A DNA stretch of 64,000 bases from Candidatus Harrisonbacteria bacterium (GCA_016192685.1 JACPTS010000001.1:394628-458627), one strand, 5' to 3'; counted from the stretch's first letter, positions 19,606 to 29,481 are shown. Program-made: numbers and translations. The notes: generated by a model not told the origin, from the letters alone.

Positions 19606-21300
19606 CTAAATCAGCTGATAGCTAATTTCTTTTATTTCTTTCAGTTTTTTTAGTTTTAATATAAGTTTTTCTATTTTATCTTTATTAGTGATATCGCAGC
19701 GGATGCGGAGAATCGGGAATTTGGCGTTGGTAACGGTATTAACGGAAGTCATATTTACGTGGGAACGGGCAATAATAACGGAAATATCTTTTAAAAGCCC
19801 GACCCGGTCTTCAACAATGATTTTTAATTCCGTGGTCTTTGGCTCCCGTTTATCTAATTGGGTATTTTTTGTTTTTAGCGCGGCCCTGATATGGTTTTTG
19901 GCTCCGGATGTCTTAACAAATTCTAGCCAATCCTCCGACGGTTTTTTATTTTTTTGAGTTATGATTTCTATGATGTCTCCGGAGCGAAGCGGATGATCCA
20001 GGGGTTTGATTTTTCCGTTGATTCTGGCGCCGGTGCAGCTATTGCCGATTTCAGTGTGGATTTGATAGGCAAAATCTATCGGGGTGGCGCCGGCCGGCAA
20101 ATCAATTACCTCGCCCTTCGGGGTGATGGCAAAAATTCGGTCTTTGAAAAAATCAATTTTTAAGGATTCCATAAATTCTTCCGGATTGCTGAATTCTTTT
20201 TGCCAGTTGCGCAGCTGCTGGACCCAGTCCAGCTCTTTTTTATCGCTAAGCGCGGATTTTTTTTCATTATAAATTTTAGTGCCCTTGGTTTGTTCGTAAA
20301 GCCAGTGGGCGGCAATGCCGGTTTCCGCTTCATCATGCATTTCTTGGGTGCGGATTTGAATTTCCGTAATTTTGTTGTCAGCGCAGAAAACCGTAGTATG
20401 GATGCTTCGGTAGCCGTTTGGTTTTGGCAAGGCAATATAATCTTTAATCCGATTCGGAAGCGGCGGCCAAAGGTTATGAATTGCCCCAAGAGCGGCATAA
20501 CAATCAGCTATGGTTTTTACTACTATCCGGACGGCTACTAAGTCGTAAATTTTATCAATATCCATATCATAACGGAGCAGTTTTTTATAAAGGCTGGAAT
20601 AGCGTTTGGCCCGGGAGTCTACCGAAATTAATCCGACGCCTGATTTTTGGAGCGCTTCAATTACTAATGGTTTTACTTTTTCTATATATTTTTCCCGCTC
20701 TCCATATTTCTCTTTGGTGTGTTCAATCAGCCAGCAGTATTCTTTCGGATAAATATATGGAAAGGCCAGATCTTCCAATTCGCCGCTGATTTTTTGCATT
20801 CCCAGGCGATAGGCAAGCGGCGCGTAAATTTCCATTGTTTCCAGGGCAATTCGTTTTTGTTTCTGGGGCGGCACGGCATTTAATGTCCGCATATTATGGA
20901 GCCGATCCGCTAATTTTACGATGATTACCCGGATGTCCTGGCTTAAAGCCAGGATCATTTTCCGGAGATTTTCCACTTGCCGCTCTACGCCGCGATATTT
21001 GATTTTACCAAGCTTAGTAACGCCATCTACAATAAAAGCCACTTCCTCGCTAAACTCTGATTTGATTTTCTCCAGCGGATAATTGGTGTCTTCCACGACA
21101 TCGTGAAGAAGAGCGGCCGCAATGCTGGTTTGATCCAGTTCCCACTCGGCAATAAATTCCGCCGTTGCCAGCACGTGGTTGAAATAAGGTTCGTTGGTGT
21201 TTCTTTTTTGGCCCTCGTGCTGGCTTTTGGCAAGATTATAAGCACGCCGGATAAAATCGTTAGCTTGAATAAGCTTTTCAATTTTTGGCGCTTTCATCAT
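19606..21300 (-). CDS. rel: RelA/SpoT family (p)ppGpp synthetase/hydrolase (HD-SYNTH-TGS-ACT)
   Basis: AALLHDVVED, KLADRLHNMRT, KDYIALPKPNGYRSIHT, TPIDFAY.IHT, C-terminal ACT. Confidence 0.95.
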   Translation of the reverse strand: MMKAPKIEKLIQANDFIRRAYNLAKSQHEGQKRNTNEPYFNHVLATAEFIAEWELDQTSIAAALLHDVVEDTNYPLEKIKSEFSEEVAFIVDGVTKLGKIKYRGVERQVENLRKMILALSQDIRVIIVKLADRLHNMRTLNAVPPQKQKRIALETMEIYAPLAYRLGMQKISGELEDLAFPYIYPKEYCWLIEHTKEKYGEREKYIEKVKPLVIEALQKSGVGLISVDSRAKRYSSLYKKLLRYDMDIDKIYDLVAVRIVVKTIADCYAALGAIHNLWPPLPNRIKDYIALPKPNGYRSIHTTVFCADNKITEIQIRTQEMHDEAETGIAAHWLYEQTKGTKIYNEKKSALSDKKELDWVQQLRNWQKEFSNPEEFMESLKIDFFKDRIFAITPKGEVIDLPAGATPIDFAYQIHTEIGNSCTGARINGKIKPLDHPLRSGDIIEIITQKNKKPSEDWLEFVKTSGAKNHIRAALKTKNTQLDKREPKTTELKIIVEDRVGLLKDISVIIARSHVNMTSVNTVTNAKFPILRIRCDITNKDKIEKLILKLKKLKEIKEISYQLI

Positions 21301-21311
21301 TATTTTTTTAT

Positions 21312-21583
21312 TAGGAGATCAGGATACGAACCAAATCGGATTTAGAATCTAAAAAATGAGATGATTTCAAGGCGCGAGGAGGAAATCGCAGCCATAGCTG
21401 CCTTTCCGACGAGCAACAAAGAAATCAGCCATTTTTTAGATTCCCTTCGGGCGGGCCAATTTTATCCATCTTCTTCGTTGCGATTTCGCTTATGTGCCTA
21501 CTGGCACACCGCGCTCATCGCGCCTTGAAGCTGAACAAAATTGGCTCCGCTAAACCGATTTAGGTTCGTATCCTGTTCTCCTA
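21312..21583. mobile_element. MITE-like element (about 272 bp) overlapping the topA 3' end
   Basis: About 34-bp imperfect TIRs (TAGGAGA(T/A)CAGGATACGAACC(T)AAATCGG(A)TTTAG); inner IR TTCAAGGCGCGA/TCGCGCCTTGAA; no transposase. Confidence 0.7.
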
Positions 21584-23616
21584 GGTTTTTCTTCTAAATT
21601 TTCTTTTGGCTGGTCTTTTTCCGGCTCAGGATTTAGCGGATTGGCCCAAGAGGCGTAATCGCATTTCGGGTATCGGTTGCAGCCCCAAAAAATTTTACCG
21701 CGCACCTTGCCGCGAGAAACTCTTTTTTCAATGATATCTCCGGGGTTGTCCAGCGTAGCGGGATCTGGCGAAGCCAGACATTTCGGGCATTGCATGCCTA
21801 TTTTTTTCGGCTCTTCTTTTAAGCTTTTGGTATTTCGGCATTCCGGAAATCCCGAACAAGCCAGGAATTTTCCGAATCGGCTGAATTTTACCACCATTGG
21901 TTTTCCGCATTTATCGCAATTTATCCCGGTTGCCTCTTTTCCGATTAATTCGGTTTTAGTCACTTCTTTATATTTTTTCTCCAAATTTTTAGAGAAAGGA
22001 GTATAAAATGCGCCGATTAAATCCCGCCAATTTTCATTTCCTTCCGCTACCTCATCCAGGCTGGATTCCATTTTGGCGGTAAAATCTATATCCACGATTT
22101 CCGGGAAATTTTCCGTCAGTACTTTATTAACTAAAGTTCCCATTTCCGTGGGTAAAAATTTTCCCTGCTGTTTTTCCACGTAGTTCCGCGTTTGAATTAC
22201 CGAAATCGTCGGCGCGTAAGTGGATGGCCGGCCAATGCCGTATTCTTCAAGCGTTTTAATCAGGCTGGCTTCGGTATAGCGGGGCGGCGGTTCGGTAAAA
22301 TGCTGAGCCGGAACTAACTCTTTAACGGTTAATTTTTCCGCAGCCGTTAATTCGGGCAGTTGGTTCTCTTCAAATTTTTGCTTCCAGATTTTCAGAAAAC
22401 CGTCAAATTTTAAAACATTGCCGTTGGCCCGGAAAGTATATTGGCCGGATTCAATATCGGCTTGAGTGGCATAAAATTCCGCCTGAGGCATTTGAGAAGC
22501 CAAAAAGCGCGACCAGATTAGCTCATAAAGTTTTAATTCACTTTGGTCGTCAATATTTTTCGCGGTTGGTTTCTCGGACGGATCCGTCGGCCGGATAGCT
22601 TCATGCGCTTCTTGGGCTAAGCGGGATTTAGTGGTAAAAGTTCGCGGCGCTTGGCTGGCGTATTGGACGCCCAATTCTTTTTCCAGCCAAATTTTAGCGG
22701 CGGCCAGCGATTCTTTGGAGAGGTTCACGGAATCAGTCCGCATATAGGTGATTAATCCTTTTTCGTAGAGGCGCTGGGCCATCAGCATGGTTTTTTTCGC
22801 GGAATAGCCGAGTTTTTTCGCGGCAGTTTGCTGAAGGGTGCTGGTGGTAAAAGGCGGCAAGGGGTTTTTCTTAACCTCCTTTTTATCAATTTTAGAAACC
22901 GTAAATTCGGAATTTTTTATTTGCGATAAAATTTCGTTTATCGCCCCTTGGCTTTTTAATTCCAGTTTTTCAATAGTTTTTCCATTAATTTTAATGAGCG
23001 AGGCTTCCAAGGCTTCCCCGGTTTCTTTTTGCAAAGTTGCTTTCAGGGTCCAATATTCTTCCGGTTTAAATTTTTTAATTTCCTCTTCGCGTTCAACGAT
23101 TAATCTTACCGTCACCGATTGCACTCGGCCGGCCGAAAGGCCGCTGGCCACTTTTTTCCATAAAAATGGCGATAGTTTATAGCCGACCAGCCGATCTAAA
23201 ATCCGCCGTCCCTGCTGGGCGTTAACAAGGCTTTCGTTAATTTGGCGGGGGTTTTTAAGCGCGGTTTCAATGGCATTTTTGGTAATTTCATGGAAAACAA
23301 TCCGTTCGGTTTTTTCCGGCGGCAAAGCCAGAGCTTTGGTTAAATGCCAGGCAATGGCTTCTCCTTCCCGGTCTTCGTCAGTAGCTAAGACAACCCTTTC
23401 TGATTTTTGAGCGGTTTTTTTAAGGCCGTTTACCAGTTTTTTGGCTTTAGTGGGAATAACATATTGCGGCTCAAAATTTTTTTCAACTTCAATTCCGAGT
23501 TTGCTTTTGGGCAAATCTCTGATATGGCCGTAAGATGACTCAACTTTATAGCCATTTTTAATAAATTGAGAAATGGTTTTAGCTTTGGTCGGAGATTCTA
23601 CGATAACAAGTTTCAT
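21550..23616 (-). CDS. topA: DNA topoisomerase I
   Basis: LVIVESPTKAK, LATDEDREGEAI, SAGRVQS, LITYMRTDS, C-terminal Zn ribbons. Confidence 0.98.
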   Translation of the reverse strand: MKLVIVESPTKAKTISQFIKNGYKVESSYGHIRDLPKSKLGIEVEKNFEPQYVIPTKAKKLVNGLKKTAQKSERVVLATDEDREGEAIAWHLTKALALPPEKTERIVFHEITKNAIETALKNPRQINESLVNAQQGRRILDRLVGYKLSPFLWKKVASGLSAGRVQSVTVRLIVEREEEIKKFKPEEYWTLKATLQKETGEALEASLIKINGKTIEKLELKSQGAINEILSQIKNSEFTVSKIDKKEVKKNPLPPFTTSTLQQTAAKKLGYSAKKTMLMAQRLYEKGLITYMRTDSVNLSKESLAAAKIWLEKELGVQYASQAPRTFTTKSRLAQEAHEAIRPTDPSEKPTAKNIDDQSELKLYELIWSRFLASQMPQAEFYATQADIESGQYTFRANGNVLKFDGFLKIWKQKFEENQLPELTAAEKLTVKELVPAQHFTEPPPRYTEASLIKTLEEYGIGRPSTYAPTISVIQTRNYVEKQQGKFLPTEMGTLVNKVLTENFPEIVDIDFTAKMESSLDEVAEGNENWRDLIGAFYTPFSKNLEKKYKEVTKTELIGKEATGINCDKCGKPMVVKFSRFGKFLACSGFPECRNTKSLKEEPKKIGMQCPKCLASPDPATLDNPGDIIEKRVSRGKVRGKIFWGCNRYPKCDYASWANPLNPEPEKDQPKENLEEKPRRTGYEPKSV

Positions 23617-24629
23617 TTTATAAAGTATTTGCCGTTAGATTCTTTAATTATACCCTTAATAACTAGCATCGCTAAATTTTTGTTTAGCGCGGAAAGGCTA
23701 AGGGCAGTATCCCCTTGTAATTGTTCAATAGATAAGTTTTCTTTTTTCAGGGCGTGGAGAATATTTTCCTCCAAGGAATTTTCGCTGGCGGCAGGTTTAT
23801 CCCCTTCGGTTTTCGCGGAAATTCCGAAATAATTAAGAAGGTCTTCCGGTTCGGTTACCGGGGTGGCGCCGGCCTTGATTAAGGCATTGGAGCCTTTGTA
23901 ATTTTGAGCTTTAACATTGCCCGGAACAACAAAGACTTCCCGGTTTTGCTCTAAAGCGAATTTGGCGGTGGCTAACGCCCCGGATTTTTCCGGCGCTTCA
24001 ATAATCAGCACGCCGTCAGCTAAGCCGCTAATCAGGCGATTTCTGATTAGGAAATTTTGCGGATGGTATTCTTGGTTTAGGGGATATTCGGAAATGATGG
24101 CGCCGCCGGATTCCAGGATATTTTTCGCCAACCCTTCATTTTGTTTTGGATAAAGATTATCTAAAGCAGTTCCTAAAACCGCGATGGTTTTGCCATTGGC
24201 ATCCAGCGCGCCGCGGTGCCCCGATTCATCAATGCCCAGCGCTAATCCGCTGATAATGGTTAATCCCGTCCGAGCCAGGCCTTGGGCAAAGGAACGCGCC
24301 AGTTCTTTGCCGAGCGGAGTGGCGTTTCTGGTTCCCACAATGGCCAAAGCCGGCTGCCGGTAGCTGATGTCGCCTAGGACGTAAATTCCAAAAGGCGGCC
24401 AAGCTATTTCTTTCAGGAGAGGCGGGAAAGTTTTATCTTCTTTAAGAATTAATCGGATATTCAAATTTTCCAGCCGCTGCCATTCCTGGTCAGCATCTTT
24501 TAATTTATTTTTTTCATGCTGGCAGGCGGATTCCCAAGTTAAAAATTTCTCTTTTGCCTTTTTTAGCTTGGGGTAATCGCTTTGGTATAAAAGATTCAGG
24601 GCATTATAGTATTTAGTTTCTTTATCCAT
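23613..24629 (-). CDS. dprA: DNA processing protein DprA
   Basis: AIVGTR, ISGLALGID, RNRLISGL, SGALATA; likely start MDKETKYY at 24629. Confidence 0.95.
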   Translation of the reverse strand: MDKETKYYNALNLLYQSDYPKLKKAKEKFLTWESACQHEKNKLKDADQEWQRLENLNIRLILKEDKTFPPLLKEIAWPPFGIYVLGDISYRQPALAIVGTRNATPLGKELARSFAQGLARTGLTIISGLALGIDESGHRGALDANGKTIAVLGTALDNLYPKQNEGLAKNILESGGAIISEYPLNQEYHPQNFLIRNRLISGLADGVLIIEAPEKSGALATAKFALEQNREVFVVPGNVKAQNYKGSNALIKAGATPVTEPEDLLNYFGISAKTEGDKPAASENSLEENILHALKKENLSIEQLQGDTALSLSALNKNLAMLVIKGIIKESNGKYFIK

Positions 24630-24651
24630 ATTGGTATAATATAGTAGAAGT

Positions 24652-25167
24652 ATGGAATTTAGACAATGGCTTTTAAAAAATGGAGGCATCGCTTTAGCGG
24701 TTATTTTATTTTTGGCTATTCTCCTTTTGCTGTTGGGCCGGGATATTTCCAGCCGAACGGCCATGATTGGAAAACAGCGGCAGGATTTATTGCTCCGTTC
24801 CCAGGCGATAAATTCTCTGGCCCTTCTTCGTTCGGAGGGAGAAAAATCAGAAAACATTTTTAAGGCGGTGAAGGATTTTTTGCCGACCAGCGACCAATTG
24901 ATTAGTTTTCCTAATACATTGGAAAATTTGGCCAAAAACAACCAACTGGGATTTGGCTTCGCCTTTAATGCCGAGGTGCCGGCCAGCGAATCCGAGCCGG
25001 GAGTTAATACTTTTACTTTAACTTCCAGCGGCGCTTACAATAATTTTCTTAATTTTTTGAAAGCGGTGGAAAAAGGGAAATATTATGCCGGCTTTGATTT
25101 TATTGAGCTGAACAAAAAAGACAAGGATTTTCAAATTTTAATGAAAGGCAAGGTTTTTTCTCAATAA
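24652..25167 (+). CDS. PilO/GspM-like membrane protein
   Basis: N-terminal TM, coiled coil, FLP....., G.YNNFLNFLKAVE pattern. Confidence 0.6.
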   Translation: MEFRQWLLKNGGIALAVILFLAILLLLLGRDISSRTAMIGKQRQDLLLRSQAINSLALLRSEGEKSENIFKAVKDFLPTSDQLISFPNTLENLAKNNQLGFGFAFNAEVPASESEPGVNTFTLTSSGAYNNFLNFLKAVEKGKYYAGFDFIELNKKDKDFQILMKGKVFSQ

Positions 25168-25169
25168 TT

Positions 25170-25361
25170 ATGCTTAAAAATAAAAGAGAATTGACTTTTT
25201 GGGCGCTTGGGGTTTTAATGTTATTCATAGTTGTTGGTTATTCGGGAATGGCGATTTGGTTTTTGGTCAGAAATTTAAACGCCGCTTTTAATAAGGGCAT
25301 AGAAACAGCGCCGGCTATTCTTCGGTTCCAGCTGGAGAAAGCGGAAACTTTGAAGAAATGA
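25170..25361 (+). CDS. Small membrane hypothetical protein
   Basis: One TM helix, co-directional with upstream gene. Confidence 0.55.
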   Translation: MLKNKRELTFWALGVLMLFIVVGYSGMAIWFLVRNLNAAFNKGIETAPAILRFQLEKAETLKK

Positions 25362-25366
25362 AAATC

Positions 25367-25421
25367 GGGTGTGTAGTTCAGTGGTAGACCTGCCTGCCGG
25401 CAGGCAGGACGCTGGTCCTGA
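25367..25421 (+). pseudogene. Truncated tRNA-Ile 5' duplicate interrupted by a 20-bp palindrome
   Basis: First 22 nt identical to the tRNA at 25444; CCTGCCTGCCGGCAGGCAGG at 25389-25408; then ACGCTGGTCCTGA vs ACGTTGTCCTGA. Confidence 0.75.
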
Positions 25422-25443
25422 CCTCCTCGCACAAAACAATTAT

Positions 25444-25515
25444 GGGTGTGTAGTTCAGTGGTAGAACGTTGTCCTGATAAGACAAAGGCCGAAGGTTCGA
25501 TTCCTTCCACACCCA
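25444..25515 (+). tRNA. tRNA-Ile(GAT)
   Basis: Cloverleaf; anticodon loop CTGATAA; GGTTCGATTCC. Confidence 0.93.
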
Positions 25516-25536
25516 CAAATGGCCCCCGGGGGTCAA

Positions 25537-25608
25537 GCGCGTTTAGCTCAGTGGTAGAGCGTTTCATTGACATTGAAAAGGCCGCTGGTCCGATTCCAGC
25601 AACGCGCA
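25537..25608 (+). tRNA. tRNA-Val(GAC)
   Basis: Cloverleaf; TTCA-TTGACAT-TGAA; T-loop TCCGATT. Confidence 0.88.
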
Positions 25609-25654
25609 CCGATTATTTGATTTTTGCCATTTTTTCATTTAATATATAAAATCA

Positions 25655-26212
25655 ATGGAACAAACCCTAAAAGACGAAGAAATTTTAAAGCTTTCGCTGG
25701 AAGACCCGTCTTATTTTAGTATTTTAGTTGATAAATATCAGATTCCTTTTTTGCGGAAAACCATGGGAATTTTGCGCAATCGCGAGGAAGCGGAAGATAT
25801 TGTCCAGGAAACCTTTGCCAAAATTTACCGTTACGGCCATCGGTTTAAAAAGGAAGACGGCATAGAATTCAAAAGCTGGGCTTACAAAATTTTGATGAAT
25901 ACTTCTTTTACCCATTATCAAAAAATCAAGAAAGGCAGCGCCAATGTTGAATATTTAGACCCGTTATTGTATGAGGATACGCCGGAAGAAAATCAGGATT
26001 TTGCCACTATCCAGGACGCCAAAGCGGCGGTAGCGGCCGTCATTGATAAAATGCCGGAACATTTGGCCCGGGTGTTAAAGTTATATTATTTGGAAGACAA
26101 GTCTTACGCGGATATTTGCAAAACGGAAAAAATTTCCATTCCCACTCTTAAAATGCGGCTTTTCCGGTCCAAGCGGCTTTTTGAGAAGCTAAGCGCCGAT
26201 TTAGATTTATAA
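25655..26212 (+). CDS. ECF RNA polymerase sigma factor
   Basis: AEDIVQETF, FKSWAYKI..N, region 4 SY.DI......TLKMRLFR. Confidence 0.9.
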   Translation: MEQTLKDEEILKLSLEDPSYFSILVDKYQIPFLRKTMGILRNREEAEDIVQETFAKIYRYGHRFKKEDGIEFKSWAYKILMNTSFTHYQKIKKGSANVEYLDPLLYEDTPEENQDFATIQDAKAAVAAVIDKMPEHLARVLKLYYLEDKSYADICKTEKISIPTLKMRLFRSKRLFEKLSADLDL

Positions 26213-26217
26213 ATATT

Positions 26218-26577
26218 ATGGATAATCAAAAACCTGTTACAGTAAAAGAAATGCTAAAGAATCGGATTTTATGGCGGATTTATGTTTTGTGGTTTTTGCG
26301 CCGGATTATGCCGCTGGTCATTTTCCAAGTCGCCGCTTTTATTTTGCTGTTCAGGATTTTCGCCAAAAATGTTTTCGTCAGCAAAGTTTTCCGGAACGCG
26401 ACTTATGCCGCTGATTTCGGTTACTGGTCATTATTAAAATACAGCTTGGCCGCTTTTCTTAATACTCATTTAATTACCCAGGTTTCCATTCTTTTAATTT
26501 TAGGCGTGGTGGCGCTTCTCTTGCGTGACCTGATGAGGGTTCTTATTACCTATAAGGCAATGTGGTTAAAGCGATAA
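26218..26577 (+). CDS. Membrane protein, possible anti-sigma factor
   Basis: TM helices; directly downstream of the ECF sigma gene. Confidence 0.55.
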   Translation: MDNQKPVTVKEMLKNRILWRIYVLWFLRRIMPLVIFQVAAFILLFRIFAKNVFVSKVFRNATYAADFGYWSLLKYSLAAFLNTHLITQVSILLILGVVALLLRDLMRVLITYKAMWLKR

Positions 26578-26756
26578 TTATTTATAGAACCTAAAAAGCC
26601 CCTTGCGGGGCTTTTTAAGATAAAGGATTATGAATAAAAGCGATCATAGCAACTTTAGAAAGTTTATGAGGGTTAATCGCGGTCGAAACGATTAACAAGA
26701 CATTCCAAATTTGCTAGATCTACTATATAAAACCAGGGGGTATGGGGTTTGGTCAC

Positions 26757-27464
26757 ATGGATACAAAAGTAATTTATCAAGATAAAAATCTGCTGGTTTT
26801 GAATAAACCGGCCGGTCTTTTGACGCACGGAACAAAAGAGAAGCGGGAAGAGGCCAGTTTGGCGGATTGGCTTTTAAATAATTATCCGGAAGTGCGAACA
26901 GTAGGCGATGACCCGGTCAGCCGGCCGGGGATTGTTCATCGTTTGGACAAAGACACCTCCGGCGTTTTAATCGCGGCTCGCAATCAAGAAACTTTTGATT
27001 ACCTAAAAGCTTTATTTCAAAAACATCTGGTCCAAAAAACTTATCTGGCTTTGGTTTATGGGAAAATAAAAGAAAAAAGCGGCATTATAGATAAACCGAT
27101 TGGCATTAAATCCGGCAGCACCAAACGGAGCACCCATAGCGAGAAAATGAAAAAAGCGGCGATTACCGAGTATAAAGTTATAAAATATGTAACCCTTCGA
27201 CAAGCTCAGGGCAAAAGCGTTGAAACAACGCTTTTGGAAGTTACTCCGAAAACCGGCCGAACCCATCAAATTAGAGTTCATTTAGCCGCTATCGGCTATC
27301 CGGTGGTTGGCGATAAACTTTATGGCGGCAAGAGGCCGCCAGCCGGTTTAACAAGGCAATTTCTCCATGCCCAATCTTTGGAATTTACTTTGCCTACCGG
27401 CGAGCGGATGAAATTTGAGGCTGATTTGCCGGAAGAGCTTAAATTGCTGTTAAAGTCAGACTAA
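26757..27464 (+). CDS. RluA/RluD-family pseudouridine synthase
   Basis: NKPAGL, VHRLDKDTSG, TGRTHQIRVHL, VGDKLYG, LHA. Confidence 0.93.
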   Translation: MDTKVIYQDKNLLVLNKPAGLLTHGTKEKREEASLADWLLNNYPEVRTVGDDPVSRPGIVHRLDKDTSGVLIAARNQETFDYLKALFQKHLVQKTYLALVYGKIKEKSGIIDKPIGIKSGSTKRSTHSEKMKKAAITEYKVIKYVTLRQAQGKSVETTLLEVTPKTGRTHQIRVHLAAIGYPVVGDKLYGGKRPPAGLTRQFLHAQSLEFTLPTGERMKFEADLPEELKLLLKSD

Positions 27465-29481
27465 TAATTTCCCTGGCTTTTATTTTTTGGGTGCCGTATT
27501 CAAAAGTTTCTTTACCGGATTCTTTCCAAATATAGCCGGGCGGGGCAGTGATGGAATATTCCAGGGAGCCGTCTACGCCGGACTGTTTTTCAAAAATAAA
27601 TTGGTAGTGAAGCCCGTCTTGAACATTCAATCGCACCCCGCTTTCATATTCCACGGTTAAATTTTTGTTTTGGCCGGCCGGCACGGTCAGCCAAGCGGCA
27701 AAAAAAGTTTTTCCGAATTCCGCTCCCACCCAGGCCTGAAATTGGCCAATTAAGCTCGCTGTTTTTTCAATATTAGCTAAGTCGGGGTCTTGTTCGTAGG
27801 ATTCCGGATAGCTGGATTTTTGAATAGCCGGCAAATCATTATTTCCCCGCAGGTTTTTTAGCCGGCTATTGAGGGGCGTTAAAATTTTTAAATAATTTTT
27901 ATTCGGAATCCGGTACCACCAGTCTTTTTCTTTTTGGCCGGAGTGGGTTCTTGTAATCGTTAAATTATTGGCTATTTTCCCGTCTTTTGTAATTTCAGTC
28001 TGAAGTTTTATGTGTTGGGTAATAAAGGCATCGCTTTTTCCTCCGGCGATATTGGCATTGATTACCGCCAAGTAATCCCCGGAAAAATTTTCCGGAAGAT
28101 TAATAATTTCCCCGCCAACTCCGGCAATTTCCAGGAAATTTTGGAGCTGCCAATCCCGGAAATAAACCATAATATCTTTTTTCAAAAGATGATTCCGGAA
28201 AGCGGCGATTAATTGCTCTTGTTCTTTATCAGACAGCAGATTTAATTTTTCCAGCAGGAGCGGCGCCAGCGCGGAAAGAATTTTTTTTGGATTTTGGCCC
28301 GGTTTTTTATCCCGGCCTGCTTCCACTTCCCGCTGGATTTCTTCCAGGAAATTTTTGCCGTCCAAAGTTAATTCATAATTAGGCAGTTTTATCGGTCCTA
28401 GGATTTCAATCAGCGTTTTTAAAACGCCGGTATTGACGGCGATTGCCCCCTGAAAATGGATTCCGGTTTGGCGGTGGAGGTCGGATTGCTCCAGCAGGCT
28501 GATGACTTTTTTTGCCGAAGTCGGAAAATCAAAAAACCAATTGGCGTCCCGTGCCCCCCAATTTTTGGTGATTCCCCGCAGTTCCTTGGGGGGGATGAGT
28601 TTTAGATTTAATTGGCGGTCCGCGTTATAAATATCGTCAATCCGGATATTTTTGAGATTGCCCCGGTTGATGGTTAAATCTCCATAACTGCCGATGAAGC
28701 CGCCGGCCGGCCGAATCTCCGAAGGATTTTGGAAAATTAGGAGAAAGTGCTGGTCCTGCGGCTGCTGTAAAATTGCGAGGAAAGCATCTACTGAATTTTT
28801 CGCCCGATATAAATTTGAATTAATGGTTAAATAATTTTTATCCAGGAGATTGGAAAAATAAGCCAATCGCGAGGAAATATTTTTTAATTGGAAACTTTGG
28901 CTCTTGAGCCGGCTATTCAGGTTTTCAATATTTTCCAGATTGCGGGATAGCCGCCCCAAAGCGCTGATTACCTCTTCTCCTTTTTGCCGGTGCATTAATT
29001 GGAATCCGTTTCTTTTTAAAAAATCCAAATCCTTAGCAATCAAAAATCCTTTTTCGTTAAGCAGGGCAAGATTATCCAGGGCGGCGGGAACTTGAGCGAA
29101 GGGAGGAGAAAATCTGCCAAGAAGAGAGGTTAGTTTTATTAAGCCGATGATTTTTGCCTGGTCGTTAATTCGGCTGATTTTTTGATAAGTGTTTTCCAAT
29201 GATCGGGCGATTTGGTCAGGCTTTAATTCTAAAGCCGCGTTTTTAATCTGGACAGCTTCTTTTTTAATGGTAGCCGCGGCCGCCGTAATTTCATTTTTAA
29301 AATTAAAAAGAGCAACGAGATAGAGGCTGGCCAGAAACAGCAAAACTGCCAAAATCGGCGCTCGATAGGATATCCCACCCCCCCCTTTTTTTATAGCGAT
29401 AGCCGGCTGGATAGCCGAGGTTTCCGGTTTTGCCAGCGGCGGCTGGACATCCCTAACCAGTTTATTTTTTTCATCAGCCAT
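27439..29481 (-). CDS. DUF4012-like membrane-anchored protein
   Basis: FQNPSEIRPAGGFIGSYG, RDANWFFDFPTSA, NANIAGGKSD, EKQSG; likely start MADEK at 29481. Confidence 0.8.
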   Translation of the reverse strand: MADEKNKLVRDVQPPLAKPETSAIQPAIAIKKGGGGISYRAPILAVLLFLASLYLVALFNFKNEITAAAATIKKEAVQIKNAALELKPDQIARSLENTYQKISRINDQAKIIGLIKLTSLLGRFSPPFAQVPAALDNLALLNEKGFLIAKDLDFLKRNGFQLMHRQKGEEVISALGRLSRNLENIENLNSRLKSQSFQLKNISSRLAYFSNLLDKNYLTINSNLYRAKNSVDAFLAILQQPQDQHFLLIFQNPSEIRPAGGFIGSYGDLTINRGNLKNIRIDDIYNADRQLNLKLIPPKELRGITKNWGARDANWFFDFPTSAKKVISLLEQSDLHRQTGIHFQGAIAVNTGVLKTLIEILGPIKLPNYELTLDGKNFLEEIQREVEAGRDKKPGQNPKKILSALAPLLLEKLNLLSDKEQEQLIAAFRNHLLKKDIMVYFRDWQLQNFLEIAGVGGEIINLPENFSGDYLAVINANIAGGKSDAFITQHIKLQTEITKDGKIANNLTITRTHSGQKEKDWWYRIPNKNYLKILTPLNSRLKNLRGNNDLPAIQKSSYPESYEQDPDLANIEKTASLIGQFQAWVGAEFGKTFFAAWLTVPAGQNKNLTVEYESGVRLNVQDGLHYQFIFEKQSGVDGSLEYSITAPPGYIWKESGKETFEYGTQKIKAREIISLTLTAI

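Noticed and set aside
24630-24941. N-terminal extension of dprA; similar extensions on DUF4012-like, rplS, guaB, tatD and parB ORFs
   Set aside because: They overlap opposite-strand genes or non-coding elements; family-like sequence starts at downstream ATGs
25238-25649. ORFs across the tRNA cluster, and at 56780 and 47233
   Set aside because: They overlap tRNA genes or structured repeats
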